Part shown: positions 51,324-64,000 of the stretch, piece by piece
Position numbering within the stretch: the first letter of the stretch is position 1
How the letters are laid out: every line of letters starts with the position of its first letter
Assembly: GCA_951406725.2 (NCBI GenBank)
Contig: OX597822.1
Span: 88,102,001 to 88,166,000 of the forward strand
Length of the DNA stretch: 64,000 bases
Reading direction: 5' to 3'
Source of the DNA: Octopus vulgaris
Lineage: Eukaryota
Notes under the pieces: model-generated
Told to the model about the DNA's origin: nothing
The model's input: the letters and a program-made list of their open reading frames with translations, nothing else
The model's database searches: none
Position numbers and translations under genes: made by a program

Positions 51324-52360
51324 GTTGTTATTTCATTTTGTCTTTTTAATATTTTGAGTTTGTCTCTTTTCACTCTAGTGTTGATAAAACAATAAAACAA
51401 GTACCAGTAATATATTGAAATCAACTCAATTGACTTCATCCATCTCTTTATTAAACCTAAAATGTAAAATATTGACATGAAATCATTAGCTCTTTAGCAT
51501 TTAAACCAACTATATCTAGCCAAAATATTCAGCCCTGTTTTATCTTCAAACTAGCCACTTCTCCTAGAATATTATTCTGAAAATAAACAATCACGTCATT
51601 GAAATCTCAAAACTACAAGGTGATGCATGACTAATTCAAATCAATGTAAATAAATAAGCATTACATTTGACAGAGTAATCTGAGTACTTGGATCAAATTT
51701 GAAATCCAAAGAAATTGACGAGATCAGCTTCAATTAATCAGGAGATGGATCAATTAATAAAAATACAATCTTGTAATGAACGGTAGAAAGTTTGATGTTT
51801 TAAGCTGTTGCCCCTTTCTTGAGAGAAGGGAAACTCAAAGATATTGTTGGTTTACCTCATGTTTCAGGTTTTTTACCCCTGAACATAGGAGTAAAAAAAA
51901 GACAAGGGAGATGTTGGCCTAGTTGTTGATAGTCCCAAAACACAATCTTTCCTGATTCTTCAACTTTTCCTGTTCTTCATTGAAGAGAAAAATACCAAAA
52001 AGTTTGACTTTCCCTGTTCTTTAACGAAGGGCAAAAGGTCAAAACATTAGACTTTCCCTAATCTTCAAGGTTGTTTTTTTACCAAAGTCTTGGTTTCTAG
52101 ATGTACATCTGTTGTTAATTCCCCCTGGACTTCCTTTGGCTACTTCATGAAGCTTATAATACAGTCAGCAGAACAATGGTACATAGAGTGGAGGAGATTG
52201 AAAAATAAGCCTCTCCACTCCATCCTACTCTACCATCAAATGCTGAAAGTGAGAGATACCTGTGATGAAAATAAATAATAATACATTGCTATTTTATCTA
52301 TAGTGACCCCCCTCCCTCATATTTTCTTGTACTTATTAACATTTGCTCTTTTCTATGCAG

Positions 52361-52503
52361 CAAACATTTACAGTTTTCCTGAAAGATGGTAAAATCACAG
52401 TAATGGATATCAATAAAGGTCAAGTAACAAGTAACACAAGTATCAACAACAGCTACTCAGATGATAAATGGCATTACATCACAATATTATTCAGGAAAAA
52501 ACA
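52361..52503 (+). CDS. Laminin alpha exon 16 (LG3) QTFTVFLKDGKI...YSDDKWHYI...KK
   Basis: tgcag|CAA ... CA|gtaaga, phase 0/2. Confidence 0.92.
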
Positions 52504-52737
52504 GTAAGAAACTTTTGTGTTTTATTAGTGAGTGTATTGGAAGGGGAAAATATTTTAGCCATAAATACAACACTGCAACTTCTCCTTAGGGTAATCATCA
52601 GTTGCCTGATGAATGGAAATTAGGAAGGAGTTGTAACTCACAAGGTTTCAACTCTGAATAAATCTTGTGTGTGTATGTGTGTGTGTGTGCGCGCGCGCGT
52701 GCGTGCGTGCGTGTGTGTGTTCGTTCATAAGTATGTG

Positions 52738-54685
52738 TATCATTCACACATGGTAGTGTGTGAATAATATTTTTAAAGTCAACATTTACTCACTCGCGAC
52801 CATTTCTAGGCTTTGTCACTAACTTGGTTTACCAAATTAGATGATGTTTTCATTTTTAGATTGGTCACATCCTAAGCTACATTTGCAGCTACAAAATTCA
52901 AAAATTACTTTGGTACAAAAATAAGTTTCAGTATAATTTGTGAGGTCAAAAATCGGTGAGTAATGCCTGAAATCAACTTTGAGTCCACACTTTTTTTTTC
53001 TTCAAAGAAATCTATATTTTATTTTAGCTTATATAGATAGATCTTGGTGAGAGGTAGAAATCCATGTTACTTATATGCAAAAATATTCAGTAGAAAAAAA
53101 TACTGAGGTAAAAACCAGCAAAAAAAAAAAACGAGATTTATACCTGAAATCAACTTTTATTATTATTTCAAAAGAAAACTATATCTGAATCCAACTTTTC
53201 TGATAAATCTCCACAGAGGAATCCAATGATACCAATTATATAAAAAGAATTTTTAGATAGAAAACTACTGGCGATAATGTACTGCAAACAGTGTTAATGC
53301 CTAAAATCAAATTCAAAACCTAAAAAATTTTTTTTTTTACCTCGTATGATAGAACTCATCAAGACAAGTGTCATGATGCTAATCTTTTCATAAAATATCA
53401 TTCACACACGGTAGTGCATGAATAATATTCTCATGACCACTTCTAGGCTTTGTCACTAACTCAGTTTTTAGTCAAATTAGTATACATTTTTAAGTTGGTC
53501 ACATCATAAGCTACATTTTGAGGTAAAAAAACTTGAAAATTAGTTCAGTAGAAAAAAGTTTGAGTCAAATATGTGAGGTCACAAGCAGGAGAATAACACC
53601 TGAAATTGATTTCGAGTCCAAATGTTTTTATTTTTTTAAAATAAATCTATATTTTATTTTAGCTTATATGATAGATCTTGATGACAGGAACCTATCCATG
53701 TTAGTTATATGCAAAAATATTCAATAGAAGAAAGTACTGAGGTAAAAACTGCTGAAAAAAAGGAGATTAACACCTAAAATCGACAAATATTATTCTTCCT
53801 TCAAAAGAAAACTATATTTAAACTAAACGTTTCTTATAGACTTTGACTACAGGAACCCCATGATGCTAATTATATATAAAAAAAAATTGAAATAAAAACA
53901 CTACTGGGACTAAATGTGCCAAAAACTGTGGTAGCACCTGAAAGCAAATTCAAAGCCTAAACATTTTGTTTTGTGTAAAAATTTTGTTTTTCTTCAGCGA
54001 GGAGGAATTTTTTAGAAACCATCAAGACAAGTGTCTTGGTGTTAATCTTTTCAAAAAATATTCAAAATGAAAAAAGTTATATAAGCTAAATGTGCCAAAA
54101 GTATGTAAAACACTTTTCAAGTAATATTATTACTTATTACAGTACCAAGACAATGAACTGGCAAAGTCGTTAACACATATGGTGGCATTTCATCTGTCTC
54201 TGAATTCAAATTCCAGCAAGGTCGTTTTTGCCTTTTATCTTCTTGGTACTCGATAAAATGAGTATGAGCTGAGCACTGAGGTCGATGTAATCAACTTCCC
54301 TCCTCTCCGGATTTTATGGCCTTCTGTCAAAATTGGAAACCAATATTGCAAAATGTTTGATTCAATTCAGTATTTAGGTATCTTGCAAAGACCTGCCTCA
54401 TATTTATAGAATACACTATATTATAATAAATATCATTCATACAAGGCAGTATGTGAATAATATTCTTAAGGTCAACATTTACTCACTTGTGAATACTTCT
54501 AAGCTTTGTCACTAATTCATTTTTTTTACTAAATTTGATGATGTTTATACATTTTTAGATTGGTTACCACCTAAGCGACATTTTGAGCCACAAAATTTTT
54601 AATTTGGTTCAGTAGAAAAAAAGTTGAGATTTCAAATATGTGAAGTCAAAACGGAGAGAATAATACCTGAAATCAACTTCAGGGA
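52738..54685 (+). repeat. Three diverged tandem copies of a unit of about 660 bp (third truncated), possibly Helitron/Helentron-derived
   Basis: ATCATTCACAC...GTGAATAATATT...GCTTTGTCACTAA starts near 52739, 53397 and 54431; internal CCTGAAATCAACTT subrepeats. Confidence 0.7.
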
Positions 54686-55720
54686 TACACACGTGATGTT
54701 GCATACATACTTTCATAAATACACACACACATACACATACACAAGTAACTTTTGAAATGCCCATGAAGGGAAACAAAAGTGAGTGTGACAAACATGTAGC
54801 TTTAAGGAGAGGGGTACTGAGTTGACAATAATTGATGACAAGTGGACCCTTTTCTACTGTCCATCATAAATAAACATTCACACACATATACATATATATA
54901 TGTATGTATACGTACATACATACATATTTAATGCAGAAATATTTATCAACAATGAAAAGTATTTCAAATATTTTTTAACAAAAGAAAATTAGTTTTATTG
55001 CATTCCCTGGATAAAAGTGGATTACAATGAAAAATGCGGACACATGCATGTTATTCTCAGCAATATTTTAAATACAGTAGAATATTAATTTTAAGTATGT
55101 TTTAGTTTCTTTTAGAGGTAACGAATTTGGCAAATTCTACTGTAGAAATCTTGTTCTGTACTTTTCCTGGTGTAATAACTTAAGAATATTAACATGCATG
55201 CACCTGCATTTTTCATTGTAATGTATATATGTATCTGAGTGTATATAATTGACTTTTCCCTCTTTTTATAGCCTTGGACTCAAAAGTTAGATGCTAAGAT
55301 TAGTCTACTCTGCAGGATAGTGATATAAATTCTATTCTTTCACTACTATATTTCCGTTGAAATACGCTGCATTTGGAAAATGAATTAACATGGAACTTTG
55401 ATGGAATGTTTTAATTTCGACCATTTTAACTCTTTTGTTACCATTTTCCTGTTGAAATATGCTGCTTTTGTTTTAATTAATTTTGAAAAGAATGAATAAT
55501 TTAGAAAATAACTGTCATTTTCAAACTGGAAGTTTTTGTCATAAATCCAGGTTGGTGTCAAGTGGGTTGATATCAAAAGGAGTAAGTAGCTAACCTTTGC
55601 ACTGAGCTTTACTGTAAACACAGATTAAAGGTTGATTCTACTGGAATAACACAAGTAATCCTAGAGATATGAATTTGTCCCTCCATCATTATTAAAAGAT
55701 AACACTCTCTTATGTTTTAG

Positions 55721-55891
55721 CTTGAAACTGAATATTGATGACAAAGAAGAAATGAAGATTAAACAATCCAATCAAAAACTCAACAAAATGGACTTATACA
55801 TTGGAGGGGTACCATCAAATATCATTAAAAACAAACAAATTCCTCAGAAATCTTTCAATGGTTGCATTGAAGATGTTATCATTAATGGAGA
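55721..55891 (+). CDS. Laminin alpha exon 17 (LG3) LKLNIDD...LYIGGVP...FNGCIEDVIING
   Basis: tttag|C ... GA|gtaagt, phase 2/2. Confidence 0.93.
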
Positions 55892-55981
55892 GTAAGTAGC
55901 TTTTTTTTTTAAGAGAATTTTTGAGAATTCTGTCAATATATTTTATTATATACTTTATAGGAGCATACGCACACAATGGGA

Positions 55982-56363
55982 CATGGAAGCACTCCGTCGG
56001 TTACGACGATGATGGTTCTGGTTGATCTGAATCAACGGAACAGCCTGCTCGTGAAATTAACGTGTAAGTGGCTGAGCACTCCACAGACACGTACCCTTAA
56101 CGTAGTTCTTGGGGATATTCAGCGTGACACAGAGAGTGACAAGGCCGGCCCTTTGAAATACAGGTACAACAGAAACAGGAAGTAAGAGTGAGAGAAAGTT
56201 GTGGTGAAGAGTACAGCAGGGATCACCACCATCCCTGCCGGAGCCTCGTGGATCTTTAGGTGTTTTCGCTCAATAAACACTCACAACACCCGGTCTGGGA
56301 ATCGAAACCGCGATCCTATGACCGCGAGTCCACTGCCCTAACCACTGGGCCATTGCGCCTCCA
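55982..56363 (-). mobile_element. tRNA-derived SINE family C (GGAGGCGCAATGGCCCAGTGGTTAGGGCAG head)
   Basis: Clear A and B boxes; related copies 41778-42080(+), 35945-36270, 39750-40040, 42890-43190. Confidence 0.8.
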
Positions 56364-56751
56364 CACGCACACAAATACACTCATACATATATCATCATTG
56401 TTTTAATGTCCACTTTTTCATGATTGCATATGTTAGACAGAATTTGTTGAGTCAGATTTTCTCTGGTTGGATGCCCTTCCTGATTCCAACACTCATTTGT
56501 TTCTAAGTATAGCAATATTTCTCCACAGGCTTTTCACATAAGACTGGAAATAAAGAACAGCACTTGATGTCAGTAACACTTCTTTACCAATATTATGTGG
56601 AATCAATACAAGGAGACACTTTCTGTCCCCCGTATATATACATACGCATGCGCATACACACACACATACACATGATGGGCTTCTTTCAGTTTCCATCTAC
56701 CAAATCCACTCACAGGGCTTTATATTGTCTGCCTTTCATTTACAATTTCAG

Positions 56752-56846
56752 ATTATTTGACTTCAATCAAGCTCAGCTATCAACAGGAGTACAGCTTAAC
56801 TTTTGCAAACAAAATATTCCCAAACCAACAAATTTAACTCCAATAG
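56752..56846 (+). CDS. Laminin alpha exon 18 (LG3 end, hinge) LFDFNQ...C...PI
   Basis: ttcag|A ... G|gtaaat, phase 2/1. Confidence 0.9.
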
Positions 56847-59824
56847 GTAAATCTAATATCTACCTTGTCATTATCATCATCGCTACCACATTCATTTTTA
56901 TGTCTGCTTCCTTAAGGTAAACTTTCTGATCTAATCAAACATGTCAGTGGACCATGTGCTTCTCCAATGTCTCAGTTTAGAAAAGTTTCTATATCTGGAT
57001 ATCCACCATAACACTGACCACTTTACACAGTTTGCTTTACAGAGTATATTTAGTGCATGATTTTTTTTTCTTCTAGTGTGTATGGCATCATCACTAGTGA
57101 GATTACCTTGTAACTTACAAAGCTAAAAGAGACCCTTTACCTGAAAGGGAGGATAGAAGATACAGTGGCCATTTTATGTCAGGTTGGGGGATTAAAGTAT
57201 GAATGAAGGAGCAAAAATAGGGTTATGGCTGTGGTGGAGATTTGTGGCTACTTTGCATTTTACATAGTCGAATGGAGGAGACTGTGGTGGGTGCCAGAAA
57301 ATAAGTACGGTGGTGACATAGTGTTAGGACGTACTCTTAAGGTAACAAGAAGGTGATGCTGAACAATTACGGAGGATGGATAAAGTTTCAAGAACAAGAA
57401 ATGAGAGTGAGAGATAAAGTGGAAGTGGTCAGATGAATATAGGGGATGTTTGTTGTGAATGTTGAACAGGGGTAGGGTGGTGAATATGAGCAGGAAAATA
57501 ATGATAAAAATGAGAGAAGGATGCTGATTGGAAGTAGCAGAAAGGAGAGGGAGAAGGGACTGATGGAAAAGAGATAGTAATATTGTATACTATGAAGAAA
57601 TGGATTCTGCTATCATTTCTTACTGTTGCAGAATAATACTGGGTCATCGAAAAAGGTTTCTGTGATTTCAAAATGAAATAACTAAGTCTGTATTAAAGGT
57701 ATACTATTTATTTATACACCAAAACACAGAAAATCTTAAATTTTTCTTACATTACTTAGTAGGTTTCGATATGAGCTCCCTTTGTTGCAAAGCAAACATC
57801 TAAGCGATAGTCGACCTCCCTCGATGTATGCGGAATCATATCAGGATTCACAGTCACTATTGCTGCATGGTTTCTCTCTCTTAAATGTTGCAGATCCCAG
57901 ATTTTTTCTGCATAGACAATGTTTCTAAGAGATTAGATCAGAGCTTCTAGGTGGCCACTAAACAGGACCATTCCTTCCAATCCAATGGCCAGGGAATCTG
58001 TTGTTGAGAGCTTGTCACACATTATGGCTCTCACACATTGGGTGGTGGAGAAAACAACAGGAGTTTTAAATTTCACAGATACTCAATTGTATGTATAGTC
58101 TGCATACACAATCATGCTTTGAAAGCCTCAGTTACAACATGCTTGTCTATAGCTGAGCAAGTCATCTCGAACACACAGTGCCATGTCAGTTAACACAACC
58201 ATTTATGTGGATTGTTGCTTCATCACTAAAAAAATTATGTTAAGTTAACTCATGCCAGTGCTATGTTAAAAGCATCCAGCATTCACTGTAAAGGTGATTG
58301 GCATTAGGAAGAGCATCCAGCGGTAGAAATCAAGCCAAATCAGACTAGAACCTCGTGCAGCACTCCTGCTTGCCAGCTCTGGTCAAGCCATCCAACTCAG
58401 GTCAGCATGGAAACAGACATTCAAGGATGATTATATATATATGATAAACACAAGTTTATATCATTTGTTCCCAAGTGCATGGATGTGGGTATTTGATATC
58501 TATGCATGTGTGTATTGGCTATGCATATGTATGTAAGGCTGATATGTGGGTGAGAGCCGATGGATCAGCTTGTTGGTATGTATGTGCATGTTTGCTAAGA
58601 TGTGTGTATGTATGGGTGCATATCAACTGTGTGTAAGTATTCACTAGTGCAAATATGTAGATGTATGTGTCAACTGTATATATCAGCTGCATGTGTATCA
58701 GTCGTATGAGTGTGTGTAAATATGTGTGCATTAATGCCTGCTGCATATGTATATGTGTGTAAACATGTTTAGGATGCATAGGAAGAGTTTATGAAAAAAT
58801 CGAAAGATGAAGACGGGTGGTGTACAAAACAAACATGTATTAGTATAACGCTCAGGAATAGAAAACGTCTTTTATGTTTCGAGCCTACGCTCTTCTACAG
58901 AAAGGGACACAGAAAAAACAAGGAGAGAAAAAAATGTGTGTAGTGGCTAACGATCTATCAGTGCAATGTCATTTTCAGCATACTTATGGACAAGATCCAC
59001 CTATGGATGCATGCATGACAGTGTAAATATATGGATGATTGGTTAACAGGAGTATGTACACCCCTGTGTTCATATGTGAATGTATGAATGCATGCATGTT
59101 TGTCTGGAAGAACATATGCATATGTGTGCATGTCTTTTTATCTAGTGTGTGTGTGTGTCTGTGTGTGTGTACACATATATTCATGCTTTTAGTGTTTATG
59201 GGTGTGAGCACAACAAATGTGTTGTTTGGAGGTGGGGGTGTTGGATTGAGGTTTGGTGGTATGAGGGGAAGAAAGAAAGAGAAAGGAAATATACATACAT
59301 AAAAGTATGTATGTGTATGCACACCCATGTATATGGAGGCAAATGTAGATGGTTACAAGGGGTGCAAAAAGTGGGAAGGTTGGTGTGTGGTCTGCATAGG
59401 CTTAGTTGTTGGAAACCCTGCCCTTGGTTGTGAGGCAGCCCACATTGAGGTGCTGCCAATGTTAAGGTGGTATATCTGGGTTGTCGGTGGCCAGTGACTT
59501 GAAGTTCACCTGGAAGGTGTACCTCTGACAGCAGCAATAAGTTCGTATCTTCTGCCGATAGATACTGCAGGTTGGTGAAGTATGTGGTGTCTTTCATGGC
59601 CGCAAAGCTGACAATTGTTGTAGCCATCCTGCACTTCCTGTGTCTCTCCATTTAGTAACTGAGCTTGGATGAACTAAGTTTTTATAAGGTGCCCATGAAA
59701 CTTTAAGTCACTTGGAGCCAAATCAAACTGTTTTAAAAAGTAATAATATTTGTAACTCCAACTAAATGTGTTGAGTGCCTCTTTCTTTCATTAGTTCACT
59801 CACTCATATATGCATATGTGTGTG

Positions 59825-59890
<66 letters not shown>

Positions 59891-60022
59891 TTGGGATCAC
59901 TACTACTTTGTTATCTCCCCTACTTCTTAGCTCTCCTGTGTGACCCTTCTGTACGGCATTCGCCACGATAGATCGCTAGCCACTACACACATTTTTTTCT
60001 CTCCTTGTCTCTTTCTGGGTTC

Positions 60023-60058
60023 CTTTCTGTGGAAGAGCATAGGCTCGAAATGTTAAAG
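60023..60058 (+). ncRNA. Hammerhead-like motif with non-canonical CUGUNGA core (sister copy 58869-58904 minus)
   Basis: CTTT-CTGTGGA-A-GAGC(ATAG)GCTC-GAAA-TG-TT^AAAG; sister CTTT-CTGTAGA-A-GAGC(GTAG)GCTC-GAAA-CA-TA^AAAG. Confidence 0.5.
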
Positions 60059-60140
60059 ACTTTTTCAATTCCCGAGCGTTATACTAATACATCTGTTTGT
60101 TTTCTACACCACCTGTCTTCGTCTTTTGTTTTTTGTGAAT

Positions 60141-60213
<73 letters not shown>

Positions 60214-60470
60214 TATATATATATAACTATGTAACAGTATCCAGCTGGCCATATTCCTAGTTTATAAGGTTTAGGTAGGCTTAGAAAAGCACTGTCCTTT
60301 TTCATTTATTTTTTAAAATTTACTTTTTTTTAATTCATGATTTTATCATTAAAGTATACAATTAATTACAGACTAAAATCATTTTAGTATTTAAAGTATT
60401 GAATTTCTTTTAATTTAGAAAATATTTATGAAATACACAGTTTGATTAAAAATGTTTTTCTGTATTTCAG

Positions 60471-60609
60471 ATATACCATCCTATAACAGTACTCATTGTG
60501 CATTACCTGAGGTCCCTGAAAAGTCATTATCTATCTCTGGCCAAAGGTTTGGCACCACAGGAAGCCTCAGTTGGTGGCATTTTGAAATACCTCACCAAAG
60601 CAAAGTATC
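60471..60609 (+). CDS. Laminin alpha exon 19 (hinge, LG4 start) IPSYNSTHCALP...QRFG...KV
   Basis: ttcag|AT ... TC|gtaagt, phase 1/2. Confidence 0.9.
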
Positions 60610-61181
60610 GTAAGTAATTTCTCTCAGTATCTATACATTCCAGGACACTATCTATCTGTCTCTCCCTCTCTCCCCAGTTACTTCAGTATTTTGTTGCTTG
60701 TATACCTATCTACAAGTGTCTATATCTAAATATTTTTGTTTTTTAATTGGAGACATTCCATTTGATATACATCCTCAACTAATATTATATGCACACACAC
60801 CTGTAAAATTACATCTTGCAATATGCATATATAATAACAATTTTCTGATTAGCACTATATATGTTGCTCCTGAGGATTTAGGTATACAGAACTTTTAAAT
60901 CAATTTAATTTGATTATGTATTACAGTTATGTAATTAAGGAATTAATTTTGTTTATTCCTAACAAAGCAACAGTTTAGCACAATTAAAGTATGAACTATA
61001 AGTGAAATTTTTGCTTTCCTGCTTTTAATCAAAATATGTTGCTCTCTAAAATTGTTTTAGCTTATTATGTATAGACAATCAAGTCAGTCCCACTTGGATT
61101 TATTGTAATATAATAATGTGTTGAAGTTTAACAACTTGTTATTGAGCTCTTAATCACTATGGATTTAGTTTTTTATATTTA

Positions 61182-62183
61182 TACAAGGTGTGTCAGAAAA
61201 GAAACAAGATTGGGGTCACAAAAAGTTTATGTTAAATCCAAACTATAGTATACAAGTTTTCTCCTTCGAAATAATCCCTCCTTGAGTCTAATGCACATTC
61301 CCATCCTTCTCCGCCATGCCTCCATTCGCTCCCGAAAGGATTCTTCTGGGATTCTTCACAGCTCCATCATTACAGCCCTCTTGATGACTTCCACATCAGG
61401 AAAATGGGTACTCTTGAAGAAAAAGAAAAAAATCACACAGAGCCATGCCAGGTGAGTCAGGAGGTTGTTCTGGCACGGTAATGTTCTTCTCAACAAGGAA
61501 CTGCCAGATACTCAGGGCATTGTGAGCCAGTATGTTGTGGTAAAGCTGGCACAAGTTGTCTTGCCCAGCTCACTTGTGATCAGTCAAACAGTCAGCTGAC
61601 AGTCACTACCCACCACCTGTCTCATGTGCTCAATGTTAGCCTCAGTCCTGCTCATTGAAGGTCTTCTGCTCCTGGAGTTGTCTTCCATGTCCTTGCATCC
61701 TTCTTTAAATCTCTTATGCCACTCAAAAACCCATGAGCATGACATCTCATCTCCATACACTTGTTGTAGTAGTCTGAGTGCTTCTGACAGAGCTTTCCCC
61801 AATCAGACCAGAAACTTCAGGTTGGTACATTGCACTGTGCTCATTACTTGATGGTCTAAAAATCGTCATCATCGTCATCGTCATCATCATCGTCATCATC
61901 ATCATCATCGTCATCGTCATCATCATTTAACGTCCGTTTTCCATGCTAGCATGGGTTGGACGGTATTGACTGAGGGATGGCGACCAGATGGCTGCACCAG
62001 GCTCCAGTCTTGATCTGGCAGTTTAAAAAAGCACATGAGAAAACACAATAGTTGCAGAGACCTGAGATTGCATTATATACTCACTGGATATTTCATCATA
62101 CGGTGATGCAGCCAGCTAATTCCTATCCCACTCATAGCTCACACAACACCATAAGTCTTGTTACTTTTCTGACATACCTCGTA
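61182..62183 (-). mobile_element. Internally deleted mariner with both TIRs
   Basis: TACAAGGTGTGTCAGAAAAG / CTTTTCTGACATACCTCGTA; LLQQVYGDE.MS...VFEWHKRFKEG...RS.RP. Confidence 0.85.
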
Positions 62184-62403
62184 TATCAATTGTATATGAT
62201 ATGATATGGTATGGTATATATGTATGTATGTGTATGCACACATATGTATGTATGTGTGATGTATTTATTTATTAGTATATGAATATTAAAGAGCTAATTA
62301 AACTAAGAACGTCCATATTGTGCCATTCAGATTGCTTGTTAACTGTCAGGACACTGTGCACTTCAAATATTCCAAGTTCCAATTTGCCAGCTCTACTTCT
62401 GAC

Positions 62404-62847
62404 ATACCTGGTTCATGGTCTCAAAAATTTGTCCTACGAAGAAAGGCTGAGGACGCTCGACCTTTATTCTCTTGAAAAACGCCGCCGCCGTGGTGATCTC
62501 ATTCTCGCCCACAACATCATAAGCGGGAAGTGTAACCTCTCGAAAGAGCTGTTCTTCACTCCTGCTCCGGAGCGTCGGCTGCGGGGTCATTCCGAAAAGC
62601 TCTACCTGCGACGATTTCATCTCAATCGAAGGAGAGGAGCTTTCTCCGTCCGGGTTGCGGATCCGTGGAACAAGTTGCCAGATGAGATGGTGAAGATGCC
62701 GACGACCGCTTTGTTCAAAGCCTCACTGGACCTCAAGTGGCCTGAACTTTTTACATGAACACCACCCTGTACTTAACTCCATGTCCCCCTACATGGCCTT
62801 GCTATTTGCTTTTGAGCCAAATTAACTAACTAACTAACTAACTAACC
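62404..62847 (+). mobile_element. Young CR1-clade LINE 3' end with (CTAA)n tail
   Basis: LSYEERLRTLDLYSLEKRRRRGDLI...RGHSEKL...FSVRVADPWNKLP* uninterrupted and CpG-rich. Confidence 0.9.
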
Positions 62848-63423
62848 TCTGTACCCTTTCCTTTTTGTGGCTCTGTTACTGTTCACTTTTCTGTCTTTTT
62901 ATGTTTTATTCCATCTGCTACGCTTGACTTTCTAGCTTTAATTAGTTTTTCTTTACTTTACTTTTTGCTGCTTTCTGTCTCCTTTTTTCCAACAAGTTAT
63001 AGTGCATCTAAGGACTGTGTGCAATAAGCTCGTTATTATTATTATTACTACTGAGTGATGAGCTGGCAGAATCATTAGCAAACTGGGCAAAATGCTTAGC
63101 TGTATTTCATCCATCTTTACGTTCTGAATTCAAATTCTTGGGGTTGATGTAATCAATTTATCCCCTACGCTGAACTTACTGGCCTTGTGCCAGAATTCGA
63201 AACTGTTATTAAGGTAGCGAGCTAGCAGAATCATTAGCATGCTGGATGAAATGCTTAGAAGTATTTCCCCCATTGCTATGTTCTGAGATCAAATTCCACT
63301 GAGGTTGACTTTGCCTTTCAATAAATTAATTTACCAATGAAACACTGTGTTCGATTGTAATTGACTAGTCCCCTCCCCTCCCCTCCAAAATTTTAGGCCT
63401 TGTGCCTTTAGTGGAAAGGATTA

Positions 63424-63426
<3 letters not shown>

Positions 63427-63473
<47 letters not shown>

Positions 63474-63830
63474 GTTATTATTATTATTTAATTTTTTTTT
63501 GGTGGTGGTGGTGGTGGTGGTGGGGGGTCTCAAGTTTGGTCTTATTCCTGGTAGGATTTATGTGGGTAGCAAGTTGCTACCTGTAACCTTAGGTATCCAC
63601 AAGTTTTCAGCTGTCTTTCAAATGCTTAGTACCCTCCTATTAATCCTTGCTGTCCCCAAGAGACAAATTTTCTGTAGGAGCTCTACCGGGCATTCTATTC
63701 CAATCTCCTTCAGCCATTTGTCTATATTTTAGCTTATTGTCCCAACGCACCAATTATTATAGGCATGATCTTTACTGTTCTCATGCTCCAATTTCTTCCT
63801 ATTTCAAATTTCAAGGGTTTGTATTTCTTT
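63427..63830 (-). mobile_element. R4/Dong-like LINE 3' end (restriction-like endonuclease tail) beside (TAA)n
   Basis: Minus LKFEIGRNWSMRTVKIMPIIIGALG...LLQKICLLGTARI.RRVL. Confidence 0.7.
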
Positions 63831-63966
63831 TTTTGTTTTTCGTCCTCCTTCTTTATCTTCTTTTTTGTCTTCCTCTTCCTCTGTCCTTTTTTTTTTATTT
63901 ACAATTATTATTATTATCTATTTATTTAATTAAGTATTTATACTCTCTGTTGATTTATCATTTCAG

Positions 63967-64000
63967 AAATTTCATTACATTAGAATTTAATACCAGAAAG
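63967..64000 (+). CDS. Laminin alpha exon 20 (LG4), cut by window end, NFITLEFNTRK
   Basis: tttcag|A, phase 2, LamG 'L.F.T' strand. Confidence 0.8.

Noticed and set aside
52575-52635. TCATCAG-TTGC-CTGATGA hairpin with core-like heptamers
   Set aside because: No helix II/GAAA/helix III arrangement on either strand.

Overview
AT-rich, microsatellite-dense eukaryotic DNA. The SINE, RTE, mariner and Penelope content looks like an Octopus (coleoid) genome; this is an inference from repeat families. The whole window lies inside one + strand gene, a laminin alpha chain (LanA / LAMA3-5 type). I could chain 20 GT-AG exons (1387 to 64000, 2790 nt, 930 codons) with matching phases and no stop codons. 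They encode the end of the coiled-coil, LG1-LG3, the hinge and the start of LG4; both gene ends are outside the window. Introns hold tRNA-derived SINEs, decayed mariner/Tc1 elements and MITEs, RTE, CR1 and R4-like LINE ends, a Mutator-like foldback element and Penelope-like element (PLE) fragments. The main hidden signal is about 13 intact or decayed type I hammerhead-ribozyme-like motifs from about 9 sequence families. They sit at PLE 3' ends or in small non-coding fold-back elements inserted in (TA)n tracts. They include a U3-A8 covariant core, a CUGUNGA variant family, a palindrome that encodes a hammerhead on both strands, and a tRNA-head/(AAT)n/hammerhead cassette. All motifs were folded by eye and none is shown to be active. 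Most ORFs in the supplied track are microsatellite or repeat artefacts.
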